DNA of 32,000 bases. Origin: Streptococcus phage vB_SbS-pSY22. Position numbers and translations under genes: made by a program. The notes beneath the pieces were generated by a model that saw only the letters and a program-made list of their open reading frames with translations, was not told where the DNA came from and made no database searches. Positions 17,370 to 24,751 of the stretch are shown piece after piece; the stretch's first letter is position 1, and the number at the start of each line of letters is the position of its first letter. The stretch lies in the sequence record PQ673863.1, one strand, 5' to 3'.

Positions 17370-17538
17370 ATTTCTTTTAAAAGATGGTGAGTTAACATCA
17401 AATATTAGCCGTCAGACATACGATATTATTTTGGCTTGCTGGCACAATGGTGAGAAATTCCGAATCGGCAACGGCAAGATTGACGGCAAGGACATTCGAG
17501 GAATTGAGGTGTTGGAAGATGGAAACGAAGATGTGTAA
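17359..17538 (+). CDS. Hypothetical small phage protein (59 aa)
   Basis: MKVKFLLKDGELTSNISRQTYDIILACWHNGEKFRIGNGKIDGKDIRGIEVLEDGNEDV; overlaps both neighbours. Confidence 0.6.
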   Translation: MKVKFLLKDGELTSNISRQTYDIILACWHNGEKFRIGNGKIDGKDIRGIEVLEDGNEDV

Positions 17539-17836
17539 GCCTGTTAAAGACATCGATTTTGTAAATATTGCAGATAAAGTTAAAGAATACACAAAGCTAG
17601 AGAAATTTTTAAAGGCTAGCTGTGTCCATGAATTAGAATTATTTTCGACTAACATCGATGGATATGCAGTAAAATTCGTCTGTAAAGATGATGAGCTGAA
17701 AGATGCTCTCCAAGGCATTCTCGAACGTAGATTAGAAATATTGGAAGGCGAGCTCAACGTTTTAGGTTATACGATGGAAGATGAACCAAAAGAAATTGAA
17801 GTGCATGTTAATTATTTGAAAGGTGAACAAAAATGA
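17531..17836 (+). CDS. Hypothetical early phage protein (101 aa)
   Basis: MCKPVKDIDFVNIADKVKEYTKLEKF...; internal start of the 17447 ORF chosen because the upstream part overlaps 17359-17538. Confidence 0.6.
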   Translation: MCKPVKDIDFVNIADKVKEYTKLEKFLKASCVHELELFSTNIDGYAVKFVCKDDELKDALQGILERRLEILEGELNVLGYTMEDEPKEIEVHVNYLKGEQK

Positions 17837-17934
17837 TTGATTTACTATTTATCCTCGCTGGCGCAGCATTAGCGCTGAACGGCGTCGTAATCGGTATTGG
17901 TATCGCCGAACTAAAGCACAAAGGAGAATGGTGA
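17833..17934 (+). CDS. 33-aa single-TM microprotein
   Basis: MIDLLFILAGAALALNGVVIGIGIAELKHKGEW; ATGA overlap with previous stop. Confidence 0.55.
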   Translation: MIDLLFILAGAALALNGVVIGIGIAELKHKGEW

Positions 17935-18305
17935 TGGGCATTAAACAGATGATGATTGAAGCTTTGGAACGCACTAAATGGGTGCCACCACAAAGCGTTG
18001 ACGAAGAAAAATGGTATAAGGCTTGCGATAAAGCAATCGAGTTCGTCGTGCAACTCAAAGAGCCTGATGAAACCAAGATGAGCCTGAAAGATTTAGAACG
18101 AGCAAATATACTTGTCCAAGACGTCAAAATTTTAGAAACATTGTCTAAAAGCGAGATTGAGCATTTGAGAGTGACATATCCAAACGGTAGAGGCGACTGT
18201 ATATATATGAAAGACGAACTCAAAGAAAAAATTCAAAAGGTGTTTGAAGATTGTGCTGAGGAATCAAAAGCAGAGCTGAAAGAACTAGGAGTTGATTATG
18301 AATAA
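17934..18305 (+). CDS. Hypothetical phage protein
   Basis: Start ATG 17934 has GGAG (17923-17926) at better spacing than ATG 17928. Confidence 0.6.
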   Translation: MGIKQMMIEALERTKWVPPQSVDEEKWYKACDKAIEFVVQLKEPDETKMSLKDLERANILVQDVKILETLSKSEIEHLRVTYPNGRGDCIYMKDELKEKIQKVFEDCAEESKAELKELGVDYE

Positions 18306-18849
18306 ACAAGAAGTGATGAAAGAGATTAATAATTTGCCCAAATATTATGCTAATGGCGCTTGTGTTGAATTTGAAAAGGTTTCGAAACTTACCAAACAGC
18401 TTGATGAACCAGAAAAGCCAGCGCTAACTGAAGAGGAAGCAGAATGGATTGATAAACTTACTGATTTTTACAGTTTGCCAGATGCTTTGTATTACATTAC
18501 TCGCTGTGGTTATGGATACTTATTTGTTTTTGAAATGGCTAAGAAAACATATGAACTACCAGTTGATAGCGGTGCAACCTATGGTGAATTCTGCAAGCTT
18601 AAAGAACGTCTTGTGAATGCTGTGATTTACAGCTATGAAGTTGAGAAAGAGAAGCTTTACACGGCTAAATTAAAATCAACTGGCGAGTATCTACACTATG
18701 ACGCAGAAACTGATAAGATTCACCATTTTTTTGCATATGGCAACACTGCCAAACATTCAGAGGATTTTCATTTTACCGAAGATATACTTCTTGAATATAA
18801 CGCTTGGGGAAACGGTGCTTATGAAGTTAATGAGGTGGAAGATGATTGA
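18298..18849 (+). CDS. DUF1642-family phage protein (copy 2)
   Basis: QLDEPEKPALTEEEAEWIDKL...LYYITRCGYGYLFVFE...RLVNAVIYSYEVEKEKLYTAK; paralogous to 13421-14017. Confidence 0.85.
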   Translation: MNKQEVMKEINNLPKYYANGACVEFEKVSKLTKQLDEPEKPALTEEEAEWIDKLTDFYSLPDALYYITRCGYGYLFVFEMAKKTYELPVDSGATYGEFCKLKERLVNAVIYSYEVEKEKLYTAKLKSTGEYLHYDAETDKIHHFFAYGNTAKHSEDFHFTEDILLEYNAWGNGAYEVNEVEDD

Positions 18850-18988
18850 TGTAGACGCTTTAAATAATCAAGACTGGAAAGAGTTTTTTGAAACACTTCA
18901 GGAATCTGGTAAAAAGTATGGTTCGGTAATGGTTGTGTTTGAAGGCAAAAGCTATGAAGTTGGTATTAGAGAGGTAGGTTGGAAATAA
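18842..18988 (+). CDS. Small hypothetical phage protein (48 aa)
   Basis: MIDVDALNNQDWKEFFETLQESGKKYGSVMVVFEGKSYEVGIREVGWK; overlap architecture. Confidence 0.5.
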   Translation: MIDVDALNNQDWKEFFETLQESGKKYGSVMVVFEGKSYEVGIREVGWK

Positions 18989-19056
18989 TGACAAGTTCAC
19001 TTTTAGCTGTGTTATGGATGATGATTATGGTGCTTATGATCATTAATAAAAAATAA
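18988..19056 (+). CDS. 22-aa TM microprotein, last ORF of early operon
   Basis: MTSSLLAVLWMMIMVLMIINKK; start overlaps preceding TAA (TAATG). Confidence 0.35.
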   Translation: MTSSLLAVLWMMIMVLMIINKK

Positions 19057-19096
19057 CCTACAACGGTACCTGGTCGGTTCGACTCCGACCGTAGGT
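19056..19096 (+). ncRNA. tRNA minihelix-like element: acceptor-like stem plus canonical T-arm, no D or anticodon arm
   Basis: ACCTAC (19056-19061) / GTAGGT (19091-19096); GGTCGG (19072-19077) TTCGACT CCGACC (19085-19090). The 7-nt loop matches TTCRANY. Confidence 0.5.
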
Positions 19097-19128
19097 ATAA
19101 CCCGAAAATTTTCATATTTTAATAGTGA

Positions 19129-19167
19129 GGTGGTTAAAGCACTTCTTCTTACACGCTTTGAACTACC
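19129..19167 (+). ncRNA. Hairpin in late-promoter-proximal non-coding region
   Basis: GGTGGTT (19129-19135) / AACTACC (19161-19167), one G-U, with inner AGC/GCT. Confidence 0.35.
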
Positions 19168-19359
19168 ATTCAAAAATTAGTACATTAGTTAGTGTGTTCA
19201 TCGGGTTACTCACTAGCAAACAGACTGAAATCAAAATAGAAACGAGGACTTCTTTTCTTGGTTAAACTCATTCTAAAGCAGCTTATCAGTCGGCTGTGAT
19301 TATGCAAGGCGTGAATCATGGTAATTCTTACAGGTCGTGCGCCTGCCTGTGTTTTACAT

Positions 19360-19386
19360 AAAAAAAGAGCCTGCACATGCAAGCTC
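19360..19386 (-). terminator. Minus-strand rho-independent terminator candidate
   Basis: Minus strand reads GAGCTTGCATGTGCAGGCTC followed by TTTTTTTAT. Confidence 0.6.
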
Positions 19387-19429
19387 GATATGATTGAAAA
19401 CGTTACATCTATTATATCATATCGGGAGG
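19386..19429 (+). promoter_or_regulatory. Inverted repeat abutting RBS of late regulator gene
   Basis: CGATATGAT (19386-19394) / ATCATATCG (19416-19424) directly followed by GGAGG (19425-19429); GTG start at 19437. Confidence 0.45.
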
Positions 19430-19436
19430 AAAGAAA

Positions 19437-19862
19437 GTGAGCAGAGCTAAGACTATTTTGAAAGATTTAAGGAATTTAGATTTATATATTCAAAGCTTGA
19501 TTAGAAGGCGAGATAGGCTTAATGCTTCACTGCTTTCGAGTCCTAGATGGTCCGCTGATAAAGTCAAAGGTGGATTAAACAGGAAACAAGATGATGTATA
19601 TGCTGAATTGCTTGATTCGATTGATGAGATTGATAATAAGACGGTTGAAGCTATTCAAAAGCGCAGAGAACTGCAAGATATGATTGATAGTCTGGAAGAT
19701 ACTGCAAGCAGAACTATTTTAAGTCTTGTATATATTGATAAGATGTCGATGTATGAAGTGATGGATGAGATGGGAATTAGCGAGCGTACTTATTTCAGAT
19801 TAAAAAAAGCAGCGCAAAAGGACCTTGAAAGTGCTGACATAAGCAGTCATATCAAGGCATAA
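19437..19862 (+). CDS. Phage late transcriptional regulator (DUF1492/sigma-70 region 4-like)
   Basis: GTG start; C terminus SRTILSLVYIDKMSMYEVMDEMGISERTYFRLKKAAQKDL resembles sigma region 4/ArpU-type HTH; located before HNH/structural genes. Confidence 0.75.
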   Translation: MSRAKTILKDLRNLDLYIQSLIRRRDRLNASLLSSPRWSADKVKGGLNRKQDDVYAELLDSIDEIDNKTVEAIQKRRELQDMIDSLEDTASRTILSLVYIDKMSMYEVMDEMGISERTYFRLKKAAQKDLESADISSHIKA

Positions 19863-19928
19863 TAAAACATAATGAGACAGTGCACTGCAGTTTCAACGTG
19901 TTATTATAGTATCATCAAGAAGAAATGA

Positions 19929-19961
19929 GGGACGAGGTAGTCAAATACCCCGCCCTTTTTT
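19929..19961 (+). terminator. Terminator upstream of HNH gene
   Basis: GGG-A-CG-A-GGTA GTCAAA TACC-C-CG-CCC followed by TTTTTT. Confidence 0.65.
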
Positions 19962-19974
19962 GGAGGATACCCCC

Positions 19975-20325
19975 ATGGCAAAAGATACCCGCCCTGATAG
20001 ACACGGCCCCCACCGCGTCGCATTCGAGAAGAATAAGAAAGTAATATTAAAGACTAGAAACGTTTGTGGTATTTGTGGCAAGCCAGTGGATAAGTCATTG
20101 AAGTATCCGCATCCACTCAGCCCAGTCATTGACCACATCATTCCGGTTTCGAAAGGTGGTCATCCATCTGACATTGACAACCTGCAGCTTGCGCATTGGC
20201 AATGTAACAGACAGAAGTCTGACAAGCTTTACAATGATGAGCCAAGCAAAGGAAAAGGAACGAATGTGATTGGCAATCGCAACTTGCCGCAAACCATTGA
20301 TTGGAAAAACTATGTTTCAAAATAA
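19975..20325 (+). CDS. Phage HNH endonuclease
   Basis: CGICGKPVDK...VIDHIIPVSKGGHPSDIDNLQLAHWQCNRQKSD; RBS TTGGAGG. Confidence 0.93.
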   Translation: MAKDTRPDRHGPHRVAFEKNKKVILKTRNVCGICGKPVDKSLKYPHPLSPVIDHIIPVSKGGHPSDIDNLQLAHWQCNRQKSDKLYNDEPSKGKGTNVIGNRNLPQTIDWKNYVSK

Positions 20326-20445
20326 TTTTTTTAATTTGGTTTGAAAATTTTTAAATGGGGGCATGGGACCCCCTCCGCCTTCACGGCCGAGGTTCAAGCC
20401 GTCACTGTACATTTTTTCTCGCGCCAAATTCGAAAGGAGTAAAAA

Positions 20446-21708
20446 TTGAGTTTAAAAGGAATGAATTACTTGAAGCGCAAGCTTTCAACGGTACGTCCAA
20501 GGGTTAAAATGCGGTATAGACAGTACGCTATGAAGCATTATGACCCACCAGTAGGACTAACCATCCCACATCAAATTATAAGCAAGTATCAAGCGGTTTT
20601 AGGTTGGTCAGCAAAGGGCGTTGATAGCTTAGCGGACAGACTAGTTTTCCGAGAATTCGCTAACGATGATTATAATGTTAATGCTATTTTCGCTCAAAAT
20701 AACCCTGATATCTTTTTTGATAGTGCGGTTTTGTCCGCCTTAATTGGCTCATGCTGTTTCGTTTACCTCTCGAAAGACGAGGATGAGCGAGTTCGTCTGC
20801 AGGTCATCGAAGCAAGCAACGCAACGGGTGTTATTGATCCAATCACAGGCCTTTTAACTGAAGGTTACGCTGTTTTACAACGCGATGATAACGATAACCC
20901 GATTTTAGAAGCGTATTTCACTGACGAAGAAACTTGGTTTTATCCAAAAGATGAAACGCCTTTTAGAGTTTCTAACCCTACAGGAGTGCCTTTGCTTGTT
21001 CCTGTTATTCATCGCCCCGATGCCGTCAGACCATTCGGACGCAGTCGAATTACTCGTTCTGGTATGTATTATCAAAGATACGCAAAAAGAACACTTGAAC
21101 GAGCTGATGTTACTGCCGAATTTTACTCATATCCTCAAAAATATATTTTAGGTATGGACCCAGATGCGGAAGCAATGGACACTTGGAAAGCTACAGTATC
21201 ATCATTATTGCGAATTGATAAAGATGACGATGGTGACCACCCAGTCGTTGGGCAATTTACAACTGCAAGCATGTCACCATTTACTGAACAGTTGCGAACG
21301 GCTGCAGCTGGTTTTGCTGGTGAAATGGGTTTGACCTTAGATGACCTTGGATTTGTTTCAGACAATCCATCAAGTGTTGAAGCAATTAAAGCAAGCCATG
21401 AGAATTTACGTTTGGCAGGGCGCAAAGCTCAACGTTCTCTCGGAAGTGGATTGTTAAACGTTGCTTATGTTGCTATTTGCTTACAAGATGAATTTCATTA
21501 TTTGCGTAGTCAATTTGTGAATACATCTGTCAAGTGGGAGCCACTGTTTGAAGCCGACGCAAGCACATTAACACTGATTGGAGATGGTGCTATCAAGCTT
21601 AATCAAGCCATTCCTGGTTTTGTAGATGGTGAAACGATTCGAGATTTGACTGGTGTTAAAGGTTCAGGCAATGTTGCTCCAGTAGTAGAGGAAAATAACG
21701 ATGAATGA
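20446..21708 (+). CDS. Portal protein
   Basis: TTG start with AAAGGAG; HRPDAVRPFGRSRITRSGMYYQRYAKRTLERADVTAEFYSYPQKYILG..., ASHENLRLAGRKAQRSLG. Confidence 0.9.
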   Translation: MSLKGMNYLKRKLSTVRPRVKMRYRQYAMKHYDPPVGLTIPHQIISKYQAVLGWSAKGVDSLADRLVFREFANDDYNVNAIFAQNNPDIFFDSAVLSALIGSCCFVYLSKDEDERVRLQVIEASNATGVIDPITGLLTEGYAVLQRDDNDNPILEAYFTDEETWFYPKDETPFRVSNPTGVPLLVPVIHRPDAVRPFGRSRITRSGMYYQRYAKRTLERADVTAEFYSYPQKYILGMDPDAEAMDTWKATVSSLLRIDKDDDGDHPVVGQFTTASMSPFTEQLRTAAAGFAGEMGLTLDDLGFVSDNPSSVEAIKASHENLRLAGRKAQRSLGSGLLNVAYVAICLQDEFHYLRSQFVNTSVKWEPLFEADASTLTLIGDGAIKLNQAIPGFVDGETIRDLTGVKGSGNVAPVVEENNDE

Positions 21709-22912
21709 TGATGTATTACCAGCGCTTCTAGAAGAGGTTCAAGACAATTTTGGACAGGAATTTGGTAAGAGCGAGGTTATTGTCAAAGCTTTAAAAACTA
21801 TCGAAGCTAAAAAAGCAACATATGCAAATGCAAATGATTTTGCCATCGAAGTCGGAGAGATACTCTCTAAAGCTCTCACAACGTCTGTAACGGCAGATAA
21901 ATTGCCAGACGGTAAAATGTATTATAATATAGCAAAACGTTTATTAGAACCAGTTTTACAGCAAAATCATGAGCTTGTAGCGGATTATTCAAGTAAGGTT
22001 CAAACAGTTTTGAATGAATCGGCAAAAATAAGCCTTGTTGCGCAACCTGTTGAATTAAATCAAGATAGAATAGATGGCTTTATTGAACGTTTTTCGAGAG
22101 AAGATAAGTTCGATGATGTTAAATGGCTTTTAGGTGACCCAATTGTCAATTTCACGCAAAGTATTGTCGATGATAGTATTAAGAAAAATGCTGAATTTCA
22201 CGCAAAAGCTGGTCTCCAACCTAAAATTGTTAGAAAAACAGCTGGTCGTTGTTGTAAATGGTGTCAAAGTTTAGCTGGAAGTTACAATTATCCAGATGTG
22301 CCTAAAGACGTTTACAGACGTCATCAAAATTGCCGTTGCACTGTTGATTACAAACCTGGTGATGGCAAAAAAAAGAACATTTGGTCTAAAAAGGTAACTG
22401 CAGACAGTAAAAATAAGCGCGAACAACGGCGTCAAATGAATATTGATGTTCGTGACAACAATAGGAAAAGTGATAGAATTGAATATCTGGAATTTGCTAA
22501 AAAACTTGATTCTAAATTCGTGCCTGTTTCGCTAGCTAAATTTCAGGAATTGAAGTATAATGACGTTGAAAGATACAAGGAACTAAAAGACCGTGTCGTT
22601 TGGAGTGAAGCTAAATTTCCAAGCGAGAAATCTTTCAATGGACATTTCAAATCTCATGGAGATGAATTCACAAATATCTCTAAAGAACTATATCAGAAAG
22701 CGGCGGCTTCACTTTTAGCCGAGCCAGTCTCTGAAGATATTTTAGGATACGACACTGAATCGAGACGAGTGCGGTATGATCGTGAAAACAACATTATTGC
22801 TATTGGAAAAATCGGAAAGAACAAAAACGTAAAAATTACAACTATGTTCAGGCCAGATGAAAAAGAGGAATACTATTATGACGACTACGAAAGAGAACAT
22901 AATCATGATTGA
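21701..22912 (+). CDS. MuF-like minor capsid protein fused to C-terminal candidate polymorphic toxin domain
   Basis: MuF-type Cys/His segment GRCCKWCQSLAGSYNYPDVPKDVYRRHQNCRCTVDY; C-terminal FNGHFKSHGDEFTNISKELYQKAA...TESRRVRYDRENNIIAIGKIG...ITTMFRPDEKEEYYYDDYE, resembling phage BECR-fold nuclease-type toxin domains. Confidence 0.85.
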   Translation: MNDDVLPALLEEVQDNFGQEFGKSEVIVKALKTIEAKKATYANANDFAIEVGEILSKALTTSVTADKLPDGKMYYNIAKRLLEPVLQQNHELVADYSSKVQTVLNESAKISLVAQPVELNQDRIDGFIERFSREDKFDDVKWLLGDPIVNFTQSIVDDSIKKNAEFHAKAGLQPKIVRKTAGRCCKWCQSLAGSYNYPDVPKDVYRRHQNCRCTVDYKPGDGKKKNIWSKKVTADSKNKREQRRQMNIDVRDNNRKSDRIEYLEFAKKLDSKFVPVSLAKFQELKYNDVERYKELKDRVVWSEAKFPSEKSFNGHFKSHGDEFTNISKELYQKAAASLLAEPVSEDILGYDTESRRVRYDRENNIIAIGKIGKNKNVKITTMFRPDEKEEYYYDDYEREHNHD

Positions 22913-23084
22913 TGGTTGGGAACATGTTCATTGTCCAGTTTGTAACAACCTTGTTGAAACATACGACATTTGTGATAAATGTGGTTGGCAAAACACTGGC
23001 GAAACAAATATTGATGGTGGTCCCAATAAAATGACGCTGGCAGAAGCAAAAGAAGCTTATGCTAAAGGTCTAGAAATTTACTAA
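22878..23084 (+). CDS. CPCC-type cysteine-rich protein, candidate immunity protein
   Basis: HVHCPVCNNLVETYDICDKCGWQNTGETNIDGGPNKMTLAEAKEAYAKG: two CxxC pairs, GW, and GGPN-x-x-(T/S)L-x-x-A(K/R) signature; overlaps toxin ORF by 35 nt. Confidence 0.75.
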   Translation: MTTTKENIIMIDGWEHVHCPVCNNLVETYDICDKCGWQNTGETNIDGGPNKMTLAEAKEAYAKGLEIY

Positions 23085-23123
23085 AGCACACTAACAAGTA
23101 AATAGGTTAGGGTGCTTTTTTTA
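23085..23123 (+). terminator. Terminator directly after candidate immunity gene
   Basis: AGCAC-A-CTAAC ... GTTAG-G-GTGCT followed by TTTTTTT. Confidence 0.8.
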
Positions 23124-23145
23124 TACCCAAAAATAGGAGAAAAAA

Positions 23146-23286
23146 ATGATTAATACACTTTGGAACTTTTCGGAATTCTTGGCTAGTGCCACAATGGCGG
23201 GGATGATGCTTTTTATTTTCGTTGTATTCACTATCGGGATAATAAACGCGATTAATCAAGAATTTAAAAAAATGTTTAAAGATTAA
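23146..23286 (+). CDS. 46-aa TM protein between candidate toxin/immunity locus and TerL
   Basis: MINTLWNFSEFLASATMAGMMLFIFVVFTIGIINAINQEFKKMFKD, RBS TAGGAGA. Confidence 0.6.
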   Translation: MINTLWNFSEFLASATMAGMMLFIFVVFTIGIINAINQEFKKMFKD

Positions 23287-23338
23287 TACCTCCCAGCGAC
23301 AGGGTTATCATGCAATTACATGATTGAAAGGAAAAGTT

Positions 23339-24751
23339 ATGGCTGAGAAAAAGAAAAAACTTGGCAATCAAAATCCTACTCAATCGGTAATTCTTCCATT
23401 TGACAAATCTTTATCTGATGAAGCTATCGAGATATACGAGAGAACGGGTTTAAAAAGTTATCCATGGCAGAAAAATCTTCTAAGAAGCGTAATGGCCATT
23501 GAAGAAGATGGGTTATGGACACACCAAAAGTTTGGTTATTCGATACCTCGACGAAACGGTAAGACAGAGATTATCTACATGCTCGAATTGTGGGGCTTGT
23601 TTCATGGCCTTAACATCTTGCATACAGCGCACCGAATCAGCACATCACACTCATCTTTTGAAAAAGTCAAACGATACCTGGAAAAAATGGGGCTTGAGGA
23701 CGGAAAAGATTTCAATTCTATTCGTGCTAAAGGTCAGGAGCGTATCGAACTTTATGAAACAGGTGGGGTTGTTCAATATCGTACTAGAACGTCCAACGGT
23801 GGACTTGGTGAAGGTTTTGATTTGCTGGTTATCGATGAAGCACAAGAATATACCACAGAACAAGAGTCTGCTTTGAAATATACCGTGACAGATAGCGATA
23901 ATCCGATGACAATCATGTGTGGTACACCACCAACACCAGTTTCAAGCGGTACAGTATTTACAAAATATCGCGAGACTTGTCTCTTTGGCCGTGGTAAGTA
24001 TTCTGGATGGGCTGAATGGTCCGTTCCTGAAGAAAAAGAAATTGATGATATTGACGCTTGGTACAATTCAAACCCGTCAATGGGATTTCATTTGAACGAG
24101 CGTAAAATTGAAGCTGAACTTGGTGAAGATAAACTTGACCACAATGTTCAACGTCTCGGCTATTGGCCAACTTATAATCAAAAATCAGCTATTTCTGAAA
24201 CTGAATGGAATGCTTTAAAAATTGAAGATTTACCACAATTTCAAGGCCAGCTATTTGTCGGCATTAAGTATGGCCAAGACGGTACGAATGTCGCTCTTAG
24301 TGTTGCAGTTCGTACAAAAGATAAACGTGTCTTCGTCGAAACGGTAGATTGTCAATCTGTCAGAAACGGCAATCATTGGATTATTAACTTTTTAAAACAA
24401 GCGGATATTGCACAAATTGTAATTGATGGTGCTAGTGGCCAAAAGATTTTGAACGATGAATTGAAAGACTTCCACATCAAAAACACGATTTTGCCAACAG
24501 TAAAAGAAATCATTGTTGCAAATTCAATGTGGGAACAAGCTATTTATCAACAAACTCTTTGTCATGCTGGTCAACCATCGCTTACTAAAGTCGCAACCAA
24601 TTGTGATAAACGCAACATTGGTTCAAACGGTGGCTTTGGGTACCGTTCGCACTTTGATGATATGGATATTAGTCTTATGGACAGTGCTTTGCTGGCACAT
24701 TGGGCTTGCGCAACAACCAAACCCAAGAAAAAGCAAAAAGTTAGCTATTAA
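23339..24751 (+). CDS. terL: Terminase large subunit
   Basis: Walker A-like SIPRRNGKTE, Walker B LLVIDEAQEY, TIMCGTPPTP coupling motif; GKLSxG-type C-terminal nuclease region. Start at ATG 23339 after GAAAGGAAAAG. Confidence 0.93.
   Translation: MAEKKKKLGNQNPTQSVILPFDKSLSDEAIEIYERTGLKSYPWQKNLLRSVMAIEEDGLWTHQKFGYSIPRRNGKTEIIYMLELWGLFHGLNILHTAHRISTSHSSFEKVKRYLEKMGLEDGKDFNSIRAKGQERIELYETGGVVQYRTRTSNGGLGEGFDLLVIDEAQEYTTEQESALKYTVTDSDNPMTIMCGTPPTPVSSGTVFTKYRETCLFGRGKYSGWAEWSVPEEKEIDDIDAWYNSNPSMGFHLNERKIEAELGEDKLDHNVQRLGYWPTYNQKSAISETEWNALKIEDLPQFQGQLFVGIKYGQDGTNVALSVAVRTKDKRVFVETVDCQSVRNGNHWIINFLKQADIAQIVIDGASGQKILNDELKDFHIKNTILPTVKEIIVANSMWEQAIYQQTLCHAGQPSLTKVATNCDKRNIGSNGGFGYRSHFDDMDISLMDSALLAHWACATTKPKKKQKVSY

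Noticed and set aside
17398-18223. Minus-strand ORFs 17398-17757, 17808-18053 and 17849-18223
   Set aside because: Antisense to a tightly overlapping + strand micro-ORF chain; sequences are Cys/Ser/Leu-rich shadow ORFs with no motif.
19056-19096. A complete tRNA gene
   Set aside because: Only acceptor-like and T-arm elements are present; 10 nt between them cannot hold D and anticodon arms. Kept as a minihelix-like element instead.
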